Assembly: GCA_030604195.1 (NCBI GenBank)
Contig: JAUVWI010000001.1
Location: 28,952-92,951 of the forward strand
DNA: 64,000 nucleotides
Direction: 5' to 3'
From: Spirochaetales bacterium
Lineage (GTDB): Bacteria > Spirochaetota > Spirochaetia > SZUA-6 > DRHE01
Shown here: piece by piece, positions 28,209 to 37,596 of the stretch
Layout of the letters: every line of letters begins with the position of its first letter
How positions within the stretch are numbered: the stretch's first letter is position 1
The notes under the pieces: model-generated
What the model was told of the DNA's origin: nothing
Seen by the model: the letters and a program-made list of their open reading frames with translations, nothing else
Database searches by the model: none
Position numbers and translations under genes: made by a program

Positions 28209-29378
28209 TCAAGCTAAAAGCGGTAGAGTAATGGTGAAGGTGGTTCCTTTAAACTGTTCACTATGCACCAACAGGCTTCCCTGATGAGCGTCAACAATGC
28301 TCTTTACAATTGACATACCAAGACCGGTTCCGCCGCTGTCCGCATGCGAAAAGAATGGCTCAAAGATTTTTTCCTGAATACCCGGAGGCATTCCCACCCC
28401 GTTATCGCTTACCTTAATGACAAGGCATTGTTCCTTACGTTCGGCTTTTATAGTAAAAACACCCCCCTTCAACATGGCTTTACGGGCATTATCCGCCAGG
28501 TTCAGAAAAACCCTGAACATACGATGATTATCCATTATCACCGGGCCGGAAAAAGCGATTTCAGTAACAATATCAATATTCCGGGCTTTAAAACTGTCAG
28601 TAATAGCCTTAACCAGGCGATCAAAAAACTCTTTTATATCAACAATAGCCATATTAAGCCGGATATCGCCGCGCGAGTAATCCAACAGCTCACTTACTAA
28701 ATTATTCATCTGATCAGCCTGGTAAATAATGCGGTGAACATTTTTTTCCACCAGCTCGCTGCTGCCGCTGTGCCGCAGGATCATCTCCGCCAGGGTACGC
28801 AGGACTGAAATCGGGTTTCTGATATCATGAAGAATAAGCGAAGCAAATTTGCCCAGGTTAGATAAACGCTCGATCCGCAGCAGTTCCTCCTGAGCCTCGT
28901 GCAGCTCTTTATTGGCCGCTTCCAGTTCCAGGTTGCGCTTTCTCAAGCCCTCTACAAATAAACTATTGCTGCGGCGGATCATAGAAGATACTGATCTCAT
29001 AATTGAACGGGCTATTCCAGGATTCTCCTGGAATATCCGCTGAAAGTCAGGCTGATCTATATATGCCAGCCTGGAAAACTCTTTGGCAACCAAAGTTGCG
29101 CTTCTGGGAAGCTCATCAATCAAGGCCATCTCCCCAAAAAGATGGCCCCGGCCATGCACTGCAAGCAGATCCTTTTGCAGATCGCTATAATCCTTCCAGA
29201 CTTCAACAGCGCCTTCAAGTACGATATAGAATTTATCGGCCGGGCTGCCCTCTTTAAATATTATCTCACCTTTCTGATAACAGATTTCGTGACATGTTTT
29301 TTTTATCTTATTAATATCCGAATCGCTTAAATCCTGGAAAAAGTAAACACTCTTTAGGAATTGAAAAAGATCCTTCAT
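28209..29378 (-). CDS. Cytoplasmic histidine kinase with an N-terminal cyclic-nucleotide-binding domain
   Basis: FGEMALIDELPRSAT (cNMP); LHDIRNP (H-box); NLADNA, DNGVG, GGTGLG. Confidence 0.92.
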   Translation of the reverse strand: MKDLFQFLKSVYFFQDLSDSDINKIKKTCHEICYQKGEIIFKEGSPADKFYIVLEGAVEVWKDYSDLQKDLLAVHGRGHLFGEMALIDELPRSATLVAKEFSRLAYIDQPDFQRIFQENPGIARSIMRSVSSMIRRSNSLFVEGLRKRNLELEAANKELHEAQEELLRIERLSNLGKFASLILHDIRNPISVLRTLAEMILRHSGSSELVEKNVHRIIYQADQMNNLVSELLDYSRGDIRLNMAIVDIKEFFDRLVKAITDSFKARNIDIVTEIAFSGPVIMDNHRMFRVFLNLADNARKAMLKGGVFTIKAERKEQCLVIKVSDNGVGMPPGIQEKIFEPFFSHADSGGTGLGMSIVKSIVDAHQGSLLVHSEQFKGTTFTITLPLLA

Positions 29379-29765
29379 TTAAGAATCGTCGGCTTTATAA
29401 AGCGCCTCAATATACTCTTTAGTGTTGTCAATCTGAACATGGCTGATGGTACAGCGTCCCTCCAGGACAACACCATCCTGAATAATCAACTCAGGGGTTT
29501 TGATATCGCCAAGTATCCGGGCCGTAGGCAGCAGAAGAATACGGCGGGAAGCGGCAATGTTTCCAATTACAACTCCCTCCACAACCACACTTGTGGCTTT
29601 AATTTCAGTTCGCACTCTGGCATTTGGACCGATCTGCAATTGATCTACTAACAAAATATTGCCTTCAAACTTGCCATCGATCCGCATGCTTCCCTTTACC
29701 AGGAAGCGTCCGTCAAAAAACGATTTTTCACCTATTGTCGAGTTGGCTTCAATATCAATCTGCAC
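29379..29765 (-). CDS. Bactofilin (polymer-forming cytoskeletal protein)
   Basis: Beta-helix repeats GSMRIDGKFEG, VVEGVVIGNI, GDIKTPELIIQDGVVLEGRC. Confidence 0.92.
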   Translation of the reverse strand: MQIDIEANSTIGEKSFFDGRFLVKGSMRIDGKFEGNILLVDQLQIGPNARVRTEIKATSVVVEGVVIGNIAASRRILLLPTARILGDIKTPELIIQDGVVLEGRCTISHVQIDNTKEYIEALYKADDS

Positions 29766-29771
29766 TCTATT

Positions 29772-30539
29772 CTACTCCTCAGTTTTAACCTGGGGAATGT
29801 TAAGGTATAGAACTACTTCCCTGCAAAAGTCTCCTAATTTCACCAAAGCATCTCTAACTTTAACACCCTCAAGATATTTATTTACCTCTAATTTATCAAA
29901 TTCCATTACCTCATTACCGTTTAAGCATTTCAAGCCGTCCTCCTGCAGATCTTCAATAAGATCTTTGGAGAATTTCACCAGGCTCCTGAAAAACCGGTCA
30001 CCGTCAAGAAATAAATTCCTTCTCTTCTTAAAAGAGCGCTGCCGCATTTCCTTTTCATGGGTACCCTCAAAGCTGTCAATGCGGGCAGCATCTTCCTTGA
30101 AATCCTTCAGCCGGCGTGAAATACTGCTAAAGCGATGGTAGAAACTGTCCCGCTCTATTGAATGTTTAAAATCCAGCTTGAGCCTTTTTTCACTTAAGAA
30201 GGTAAGAAGCTCCTTCTCAAAAAAATTTAGATAAAGCAAAAAACGCAAGAGCTCCTTTCCGAGTAATTCGAGTTCCGGATCATCCTCATCTTTTTTATCC
30301 TGTTCAATAAGATTACGCAAATAAGAAAAGTCCTCTAATTCATCTTGAAGCTGCTGTTCAAGCAGCTCTTCACTATCGATTACATGAAAAGATTCGAGCT
30401 TTTCGCGATATTTTTTGAGCCGTTTTAATTCCTTGCCCACTCTATCGAGTTGATAGGGATCTGAACTGCTGCGGTAGACAGATTCAAATTGACGTATCAA
30501 CTTGTTTATATTCTTAAGCTCCTGCTCCGGTTTCATCAA
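29772..30539 (-). CDS. Hypothetical helical protein
   Basis: 255-aa charged, helical ORF directly upstream of bactofilin. Confidence 0.8.
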   Translation of the reverse strand: MMKPEQELKNINKLIRQFESVYRSSSDPYQLDRVGKELKRLKKYREKLESFHVIDSEELLEQQLQDELEDFSYLRNLIEQDKKDEDDPELELLGKELLRFLLYLNFFEKELLTFLSEKRLKLDFKHSIERDSFYHRFSSISRRLKDFKEDAARIDSFEGTHEKEMRQRSFKKRRNLFLDGDRFFRSLVKFSKDLIEDLQEDGLKCLNGNEVMEFDKLEVNKYLEGVKVRDALVKLGDFCREVVLYLNIPQVKTEE

Positions 30540-30587
30540 TTCAATCTAACACGTACAGGATTTTCCTTCAAGCTTTGCCCTATTAAA

Positions 30588-30619
30588 AGAAAAGCCCTCA
30601 AAGTCAACTCTGAGGGCTT
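30588..30619 (-). terminator. Terminator of the flaA operon
   Basis: AAGCCCTCA/TGAGGGCTT stem with a T-rich tail on the minus strand. Confidence 0.7.
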
Positions 30620-30645
30620 GAAGCCGATTATTTAAAAATTAGTGA

Positions 30646-31353
30646 TCACCAACCGTCTGCCATATCATCCTGATCGCGATATTCTTCATCAAACATATCA
30701 GTTACAGCCCGCAGGTCATCGAAGTAGATATAATAACTGCCATAGCTTTCCACTAAGTTACTCTCCACCCTGAATCCCATGAACTTTATTCCTCTCAGAT
30801 TGGAAAAGTGGTGTTCACTCTGAATTATTCTGGGTGGAACAGCTACAGTCAGTTTTTTCCAGCCCATAAAATTAAGCTTACCGATGGAAAGCTCCTGATC
30901 ACGGCCGAAATAATCCTTTATCAGGATTTTTAAATTGTGATTATAATTTCGCCCCACCACCCAAACTGAAAGGGTCTTGGTTATTCCTTCAATCGGCAGA
31001 GGTTTTACCGGAAATACGCAAAAAGATCCCATATTCCGCTTGATATACTGCACTTTTGTGCCTAACACGTATTTGTCCCGCTCCTGAACATTGCTCTCCT
31101 CTTCCCCGGCAATTGCTTCCTTAGCCAGGGGACCGCCTTCAAACCTCCTGATCTGAATAAAGCCGTCATCCAGAGGCATGCTGCTCTTCCAGTAGGCTAC
31201 ATCCTCAAATTTAGTAACCGAAACTTCGACCAGTTTCTGTTGAGCTGAATCTATTCCTATACTTGCCGAATCAGGTCCTCCTACCTCCTGAGAAAAGGAT
31301 AGGGAAGTAATTAAAAGCAGTAAACTCAAAGTAATAATGATTATTTTTTTCAT
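30646..31353 (-). CDS. flaA: Flagellar filament outer-layer (sheath) protein FlaA family
   Basis: Signal peptide MKKIIII...; motifs SVWVVGRNYNH, LNFMGWKKL, YIYFDDLRAVTD. Start at ATG 31353 after GGAG. Confidence 0.9.
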   Translation of the reverse strand: MKKIIIITLSLLLLITSLSFSQEVGGPDSASIGIDSAQQKLVEVSVTKFEDVAYWKSSMPLDDGFIQIRRFEGGPLAKEAIAGEEESNVQERDKYVLGTKVQYIKRNMGSFCVFPVKPLPIEGITKTLSVWVVGRNYNHNLKILIKDYFGRDQELSIGKLNFMGWKKLTVAVPPRIIQSEHHFSNLRGIKFMGFRVESNLVESYGSYYIYFDDLRAVTDMFDEEYRDQDDMADGW

Positions 31354-31366
31354 CTTCACTCTCCTA

Positions 31367-32113
31367 TCAGTTGGTTTCCGGGCCCCAGATTTCGCTGACC
31401 ATAGCATCTTCAGCCAGTTCATCGCCGTCAAATCGTTCTTCAAAACGATCTGTTAATACCTTTAGCTGGTCAAAGTATATATAAAAATCATCTACCTTTT
31501 CCTCCGGCCTGGTCCAGATTACCAGTTTTGTTAATACCAGCCCCTGGTAAATAGGCGGATAGGGGCGCTGCTGCGGAATAGCAGCAGGTATATTCACACT
31601 GAGGTTCTTCCAACCGACAAAAGTGAGATCTCCCAGGGGCAGCACATGATCCATACCGCGATAATCACGAACATGCGCTTCAAGGTAATAGTTATGATTG
31701 GAACCCCAGACCCACATATCTATTAGATGGATCCTGCCGGGGAACTTGATCGGTACAGCATTAAAATCATCCCCTTCACCAGTGCCGGGGATAATCTCCA
31801 GGTAATTGTAGGCTTTCCGCAGAAAACTTCCATGAATACCTAAAGATTTTCGGTTGGGATCTTCTTCCGCTCTTCTGAAAATTGCATTGGGCCAGGCACC
31901 GACATACCGCTTTTCCCATAATTCTTTTCCCGAGCCATCGATGCCGTATTTGCTGGGAAAGAGTTTCCATGAATAGTTAGGCGGGTCATCAAAGTGCTCA
32001 ATTACCTCTGAAACAAGACTTATAGTCTTTTCACCGGCAAATGCCGAAAAGACCACTGCTACTAGTAATAGAGATATCAGAAGGCACCTGGAAGCTTTGT
32101 TACCCTGCTTCAT
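31367..32113 (-). CDS. flaA: Flagellar filament outer-layer (sheath) protein FlaA family
   Basis: Motifs DMWVWGSNHNYYLE, LTFVGWKNL, FYIYFDQLKVLTD. Confidence 0.92.
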   Translation of the reverse strand: MKQGNKASRCLLISLLLVAVVFSAFAGEKTISLVSEVIEHFDDPPNYSWKLFPSKYGIDGSGKELWEKRYVGAWPNAIFRRAEEDPNRKSLGIHGSFLRKAYNYLEIIPGTGEGDDFNAVPIKFPGRIHLIDMWVWGSNHNYYLEAHVRDYRGMDHVLPLGDLTFVGWKNLSVNIPAAIPQQRPYPPIYQGLVLTKLVIWTRPEEKVDDFYIYFDQLKVLTDRFEERFDGDELAEDAMVSEIWGPETN

Positions 32114-32147
32114 CGCTTTCTCCTTCTAATTGCTTTAGTTAGTACGA

Positions 32148-32176
32148 ATTATATGAGTATCGATTGCCTTTGTCAA
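32148..32176 (-). promoter_or_regulatory. sigma70 promoter of the flaA operon
   Basis: TTGACA-17 nt-TATAAT (perfect consensus). Confidence 0.8.
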
Positions 32177-32238
32177 ATATTTTTCTTCAAATACGCCTCT
32201 GTATGAAGAGTTTTAACTCTATATTCTTAAAATCTTAC

Positions 32239-33114
32239 TTAATTCTTAGCCAGGCATAACTGATAATTCTGCTCGGCAAGATAGGAACTGCGCACATAAG
32301 GAGCGGCAATTACCTGCTTAAGACCATGGTTCAGGGCTCTATTTTGAAGCTGCCGGAATTCCCCGGGTGAATAATAACGCTTTACCGGAAGATTATTCCT
32401 GGATGGCTGCAAATACTGGCCTATGGTCAGTATTTCCACGCCCACATGCACCAGGTCTGTAAAAAGTTGATCTAATTCCGGAAGGTTTTCACCGAGTCCC
32501 ACCATTATACCTGATTTCAGCAGGGTTCCTTTTCTCCTGGTTTCAGCTGCTTCAGCCAATACCTTTAACGAATACCTGTAATCAGCGCCATACCGCACTT
32601 CACTGTAAAGACGCTCCACGGTTTCCAGGTTATGGGCAAAAACCTCAATTGACAGAGAGGCCACTCGACCTACTGAGTTGAAACAACCCTTAAAATCAGG
32701 TACGAGCAATTCTATACCCGCGCCGGGCAGCTTCCCTTTAATATCCTCCACGACCCTGGCAAAATGAGCCGCACCCCGATCGGGCAGATCATCCCTGGTT
32801 ACCGATGTTATAACGGCAAAATGAATATTCTGCTCGCTCATGAAAGCGGCGATCTTTGAGCCCTCATCAACATCCGGATTAACAGGCGGGCCATGCTCCA
32901 CTGCACAGAAGGAGCAGTTGCGGGTACAGCTATTGCCCAGGATCATAAAGGTAGCATTACCGGAACTGAAACATTCCGAAATATTGGGGCAGCGGGCAGA
33001 TTCGCAGACTGTGGTCAATCCAAGAGAAGCCACCTTTTTCTTGGTCTTTAAAACAGCTGAAGAAAGCTTTACCTCTTTACGGAGCCAGGAGGGTCTTGGT
33101 GGATTAGCGGACAA
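32239..33114 (-). CDS. lipA: Lipoyl synthase
   Basis: Motifs CESARCPNISEC, CTRNCSFC, TSVTRDDL, HNLETV, GQYLQPS, VRSSY. Confidence 0.96.
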   Translation of the reverse strand: MSANPPRPSWLRKEVKLSSAVLKTKKKVASLGLTTVCESARCPNISECFSSGNATFMILGNSCTRNCSFCAVEHGPPVNPDVDEGSKIAAFMSEQNIHFAVITSVTRDDLPDRGAAHFARVVEDIKGKLPGAGIELLVPDFKGCFNSVGRVASLSIEVFAHNLETVERLYSEVRYGADYRYSLKVLAEAAETRRKGTLLKSGIMVGLGENLPELDQLFTDLVHVGVEILTIGQYLQPSRNNLPVKRYYSPGEFRQLQNRALNHGLKQVIAAPYVRSSYLAEQNYQLCLAKN

Positions 33115-34051
33115 ATTGAAGCTCCTTTTTCAGCCTTTCCGGAATATTCAACGCCTCTCCCCAGATAAGCTCAGTTTCTGTTTGCAGCATATCCGAAAAA
33201 TCATTGGTCAGAATAGTCTTTAGCGCCTGCCGATAATTATCCTCGATTGAAAAGAGTACCCTCTCCGAATAGCTTCCGGCAGCCTGCCAATCCTCAACAA
33301 TGGCCAGGCCGCTCTCATTCTCAAGATAATCGAGGAAGAATGAATTAAGAATATAGCTTTTAAGCAGGTAGATAACAACCCCTTTATTCTTTAGATTATC
33401 AATATGCTCTTTGGCCTTTACCCGGTTATTTATACCAGGTATCTCTATAATCAACAACTGTGAATGATCAGCCAGCTTCAGGAACCCCTCTTTAAAAGCC
33501 CTGATTTCTTCTCTTCCCCCGGGAGTTAATTCCGCCGCTAAAACACCTACCCTGCCGGGCCCGGAAGTATTGTGCTTCTCAGAGAGAAGGGGATTTGCCA
33601 GCAGCCTGGCTGCCGTATAACCGGCCTGATAAAAGGCCGGCAGCCGATCAAAAGAATGACCAATAAGATTTGCAGAAGCATTACCAGGGTTCTGCGGTTT
33701 CGGGGAACTACCGTGACTGTCAAGTTGAATAAAGTTAGTATCCGGGAAGTCAGCGGCTAAAAGGGGTAGATCCATGGGGAAAAGCGAGGCAACCACTGCA
33801 ATGGCCGGCTGATGGTTTTGAAGTGCTTCTCTCAATACTTTTTCAGCCTGATCCGGGTTTTCAGCTATCACCAATTTAAGGGTGTATCCCTCTGCCTTTA
33901 CCAATTTGGTCAGCTCTCCGGTAGACAGCCCCTTTTCCTGCAGGTACAGCCAGTTATAGGGATCAGAAAAAAAGACAAACACTCCTGCCGGCCGGCAGGA
34001 AATCAATAGTAAAATAATGGGAACAAAGAGGATCTTTCTTTTCAGCATCAC
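33104..34051 (-). CDS. Lipoprotein, possibly BMP/type-I periplasmic-binding-fold
   Basis: Lipobox LLISC; segments AADFPDTNFIQLD, AFYQAGYTAA and AFKEGF resemble BMP proteins. Confidence 0.6.
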   Translation of the reverse strand: MMLKRKILFVPIILLLISCRPAGVFVFFSDPYNWLYLQEKGLSTGELTKLVKAEGYTLKLVIAENPDQAEKVLREALQNHQPAIAVVASLFPMDLPLLAADFPDTNFIQLDSHGSSPKPQNPGNASANLIGHSFDRLPAFYQAGYTAARLLANPLLSEKHNTSGPGRVGVLAAELTPGGREEIRAFKEGFLKLADHSQLLIIEIPGINNRVKAKEHIDNLKNKGVVIYLLKSYILNSFFLDYLENESGLAIVEDWQAAGSYSERVLFSIEDNYRQALKTILTNDFSDMLQTETELIWGEALNIPERLKKELQFVR

Positions 34052-34129
34052 TTAACAGGCTACCACCGGCTCTCCGGATGGTCAAGAAGTACAGGCTCTG
34101 CTTTCAATTTGCTCCCTACTCTCGTCGGC

Positions 34130-34158
34130 TTGACAACAATCGGTAATATCATCATAAT
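34130..34158 (+). promoter_or_regulatory. sigma70 promoter of fba
   Basis: TTGACA-17 nt-CATAAT. Confidence 0.7.
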
Positions 34159-34204
34159 ACTATAAATTAAGAGTATTTATAATACAGACAAATAAGGAGT
34201 TTAT

Positions 34205-35176
34205 ATGGTCAGATATAGTGAGCTCGGACTGGTCAACACCAGGGAAATGTTTAAAAAAGCCATGCATGAGGGGTATGCAATTCCCGCGTATAACTTCAAT
34301 AACCTGGAACAGCTTCAGGCAATTATCACCGGCTGCATGGAAACACGCTCTCCGGTTATCCTCCAGTTGTCTAAAGGAGCGCGCAGCTATGCCAATGAAA
34401 CCCTTCTCCGTTACATGGCTCAGGGCGCTATGGAAATAGTCAACTCTTCTGAACATCCCATACCGGTGGCTCTTCACCTGGACCATGGCGACAGCTATGA
34501 ATTGTGCGTGTCATGTATTGAAAACGGCTTTTCTTCGGTGATGATAGATGGTTCAGCCCTCTCCTATGAGGATAATATCCAGCTTACCGCAAAGGTGGTT
34601 GAATATGCGCATAAATACGATGTTACGGTAGAGGGAGAACTCGGAGTCCTTGCCGGAATAGAGGATGAAGTATCCCATAAAAGTTCAAGTTATACAGATC
34701 CTGCGGATGTAGAGGATTTTGTAAAGCGCACCGGCGTAGACAGCCTGGCCATTTCCATAGGCACCTCTCATGGGGCCTTTAAATTCAAGGTCAAACCGGG
34801 CGAAGAGGTTCCGCCCCTGCGTTTCGATATTCTGGAAGAGATTGAAAAACGAATTCCCGGATTCCCTATTGTGCTCCACGGCGCCTCATCAGTGCTCCAG
34901 GAGTATGTCCAGACCATCAATAAATACGGCGGGGAAATGTCGGGAGCTGTGGGAGTGCCTGAAGATCAACTGCGAAAAGCCGCTAAATCTGCAGTATGCA
35001 AGATCAATATCGATTCCGACGGCAGGCTGGTGGTAACAGCAATTATCCGTAAGATCATGCATGAAAATCCGGCATTATTTGATCCGCGGAAATACCTGGG
35101 CCCTGCCCGTGAAGAACATACTAAAATGGTAATGCACAAAAACCGGGAGGTTTTAGGCAGCGCCGACAGAGCTTAG
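34205..35176 (+). CDS. fba: Class II fructose-bisphosphate aldolase
   Basis: Motifs LHLDHG, SSVMIDGS, VEGELG, GTSHGAFK, VLHGASS, KINIDSD, FDPRKYL. Confidence 0.97.
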   Translation: MVRYSELGLVNTREMFKKAMHEGYAIPAYNFNNLEQLQAIITGCMETRSPVILQLSKGARSYANETLLRYMAQGAMEIVNSSEHPIPVALHLDHGDSYELCVSCIENGFSSVMIDGSALSYEDNIQLTAKVVEYAHKYDVTVEGELGVLAGIEDEVSHKSSSYTDPADVEDFVKRTGVDSLAISIGTSHGAFKFKVKPGEEVPPLRFDILEEIEKRIPGFPIVLHGASSVLQEYVQTINKYGGEMSGAVGVPEDQLRKAAKSAVCKINIDSDGRLVVTAIIRKIMHENPALFDPRKYLGPAREEHTKMVMHKNREVLGSADRA

Positions 35177-35235
35177 AACCATGCAGACCAGTATAATAGC
35201 CAGCTCTCAGAAATTTTGGTAAAAAAGAGTAAATT

Positions 35236-35826
35236 GTGGAAGAAAAAAAAGAGAGAACAATTGAAAAGGCTCGTGATTATTTTCATAAGTACTGGTACCG
35301 CAAGACATCACTATCTGACCTGATCGATGAAATAGGTATTTCCAAACCCACCTTCTATAATTACTTTAAAAACAAGGAAGAGCTCTTCAAGATGGTTATG
35401 GTTAATACCTACAATGAGTTCCAGTACGAGTTTAGCCAGAGAGCCAGGAAGTCAACCAGTGCTATGGAGAAGCTTGATATCTTTGTTCGTACCTATAGCT
35501 GGTTCCTGGACACCTATCCGCTCTTTCGGGACCTCTACAAACCGGGAAATGATCTTCTTCCCCGCTGGCTGAAATCCAGGATTTCCAAAGATCTTTTTGC
35601 TGAAGCCTTGGCCATAATACGATCTATAATCGAGCAAGGACTGGAAGAAGGCATTTTTCACCAGAACCTTGATATAACTGCTTCTTCTTTAATAATTTAC
35701 CAGGCGATAACTCTTCTGCTCAGCAATGATCACAATGATTTCCGTAAAAATAATGGACCGGAATACATAATTGATATTGATACCCTGATTAAAATACTTG
35801 GCGAGGGTCTGATAGTTAAAGAATAA
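35236..35826 (+). CDS. TetR/AcrR-family transcriptional regulator
   Basis: HTH signature GISKPTFYNYFKNKEELF. Confidence 0.92.
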   Translation: MEEKKERTIEKARDYFHKYWYRKTSLSDLIDEIGISKPTFYNYFKNKEELFKMVMVNTYNEFQYEFSQRARKSTSAMEKLDIFVRTYSWFLDTYPLFRDLYKPGNDLLPRWLKSRISKDLFAEALAIIRSIIEQGLEEGIFHQNLDITASSLIIYQAITLLLSNDHNDFRKNNGPEYIIDIDTLIKILGEGLIVKE

Positions 35827-35828
35827 AG

Positions 35829-36464
35829 CTACAGTAAATATAGTTTTCTTCCGGCAAAGAGAAAGGCTATTGCTCCCAGAAAACATACAATCGTAAGTAT
35901 AACTGCATAGATAAGATAAAAGGTCATATAGAAATAGGTGACCAGTGCGCCAACCACCGGTATGCAAAATAAGAGCAGCAGAAAGAGCAAACGCCTTAAT
36001 CCGTACCCCTCCTGATAGTGTCCAAACAACACCGCTGCAAAGAGCAGAGAAAAAATGCGCATGGCCGGCAGCAGAAAGAGCGACAGCAGATTAAGATCGG
36101 TTGAAAGTTTAAACAAGTCATACAAGCTGAGTGAGCTATAGTAGCCGGCAAGGAAAAAAGTAACCGGTATGAATTCATGGTGACGTCGCATAAGCAAAAA
36201 GCAGCCGGCCACTCCCAGAACAAACTCCAGCAGATGGTACTCAAAAAGATAAAACAGGTAGAGACGCCATGAGCGGTAAGAAATCGGCAGCAATCCTTTT
36301 AAAAAGAGAATGACTATCAGAGCAGGTATAAAAAAAAGTATCCCGCGAAAAAAAGATAGACCGGGCGCGGGGCTGGCGGAAAAAAAGAGCGCCTCACCAG
36401 GTTTAAGTAGAGAAAAGAGAAAAAGGGTACTCAGTGGTATGGCAAATATCATGAATAGGAACAT
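35829..36464 (-). CDS. Hypothetical integral membrane protein
   Basis: About 6-7 hydrophobic segments; lies directly downstream of upp. Confidence 0.75.
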   Translation of the reverse strand: MFLFMIFAIPLSTLFLFSLLKPGEALFFSASPAPGLSFFRGILFFIPALIVILFLKGLLPISYRSWRLYLFYLFEYHLLEFVLGVAGCFLLMRRHHEFIPVTFFLAGYYSSLSLYDLFKLSTDLNLLSLFLLPAMRIFSLLFAAVLFGHYQEGYGLRRLLFLLLLFCIPVVGALVTYFYMTFYLIYAVILTIVCFLGAIAFLFAGRKLYLL

Positions 36465-36468
36465 AAAC

Positions 36469-37533
36469 CTATCTACCCAGAACAGTATCTTCTATTTCTC
36501 TAACCTGGGCACGATAGAGAGAGGCGATACCGGCGCCATAATCGGCGATCAACTGGATCATATTCCGGGGGTATTCTTTGCGGTCCATACCATTAATCCT
36601 GTCTCCCGCGTCTCCCAGACCGGGTAGAATATATGCCTTTGAGTTTAATGAGGGATCCATCCAGAGGGTGAATACCTCGACATTCTCCAGTGCTCTGATA
36701 ATTCTCAAAGAGCCCTTAAGAACGGAGATAACATTAAAAAACTTTATTGAGCGGGGTTTAATGCCCTGCTCCTTCAGATACTTTACAATTGTAACCAGGC
36801 TGCCCCCGGTAGCATTCATGGGATCAGCAAAAACCAGGTCCTTTCCCTGGAGCAGAGCGAGATCAAAATAGGATTTATCCAGATCAAGAGTATAGGCCAT
36901 ATTATGCTCGCTCTTGGTGTCATCCCGCGAAATCCGGAAAAGCGCAAAGGGAGTAACATAATTATTGGAAGAGTATTCCTGAATTTCCTTGGAAACGATC
37001 ATCGAGGGCAGAAGAGCAGCCCGCAGCATAACACACATAACACTGTTATTCACCCTTTCATCAATATCCGGTATTTTATGCACCGCGTAATTCTGAACAG
37101 GGATATCTACAGGTGTTTTTACAAATATATGATTTTTATTCTTGTGATTCGCCCCTCCGAAAGCCAGATTAAAAAGCAGTTCATAGGCCCGTTGAGTATA
37201 ATATACGAATTCCGGATTTTCAGTGCCTGTATTGCGTAGTTTAGCGATTAACCGGGAGGCTTCACCATGGCTTATCTGCGGGGTTTCAAAAGAATATACA
37301 TGTATCTGCGGCTCTTTTTGGGCGATCTCCTGCATCATTTCACCCATTTCAGAATACAGGGCAATCAATCTGTCTTTCGCCGCCTTTATGCTGTCTGCGT
37401 CTTCTGCCTTGGAAAGGATCGAGCAGACACTTAACGCTTCTTCATATTTGCCATCCATGGCCTTAATAACTTCTTTATCTGCAGGGCTCAGATAACCATC
37501 CAGATCCCGGGCCTGTAAAACAATTTTTCTCAT
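36469..37533 (-). CDS. upp: Uracil phosphoribosyltransferase with an N-terminal extension
   Basis: Motifs DPMNATGGS, YILPGLGDAGDR, VMLRAAL. Confidence 0.88.
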   Translation of the reverse strand: MRKIVLQARDLDGYLSPADKEVIKAMDGKYEEALSVCSILSKAEDADSIKAAKDRLIALYSEMGEMMQEIAQKEPQIHVYSFETPQISHGEASRLIAKLRNTGTENPEFVYYTQRAYELLFNLAFGGANHKNKNHIFVKTPVDIPVQNYAVHKIPDIDERVNNSVMCVMLRAALLPSMIVSKEIQEYSSNNYVTPFALFRISRDDTKSEHNMAYTLDLDKSYFDLALLQGKDLVFADPMNATGGSLVTIVKYLKEQGIKPRSIKFFNVISVLKGSLRIIRALENVEVFTLWMDPSLNSKAYILPGLGDAGDRINGMDRKEYPRNMIQLIADYGAGIASLYRAQVREIEDTVLGR

Positions 37534-37596
37534 ACTTTACCTTAACCTGAAAAGGATTACAGGTCAATCCGGCCGCCTGTTCCTTTTTTTGCTGCT

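Noticed and set aside
31354-31443. N-terminal extension of the downstream flaA
   Set aside because: It overlaps the upstream flaA. The RBS and signal peptide point to ATG 31353.
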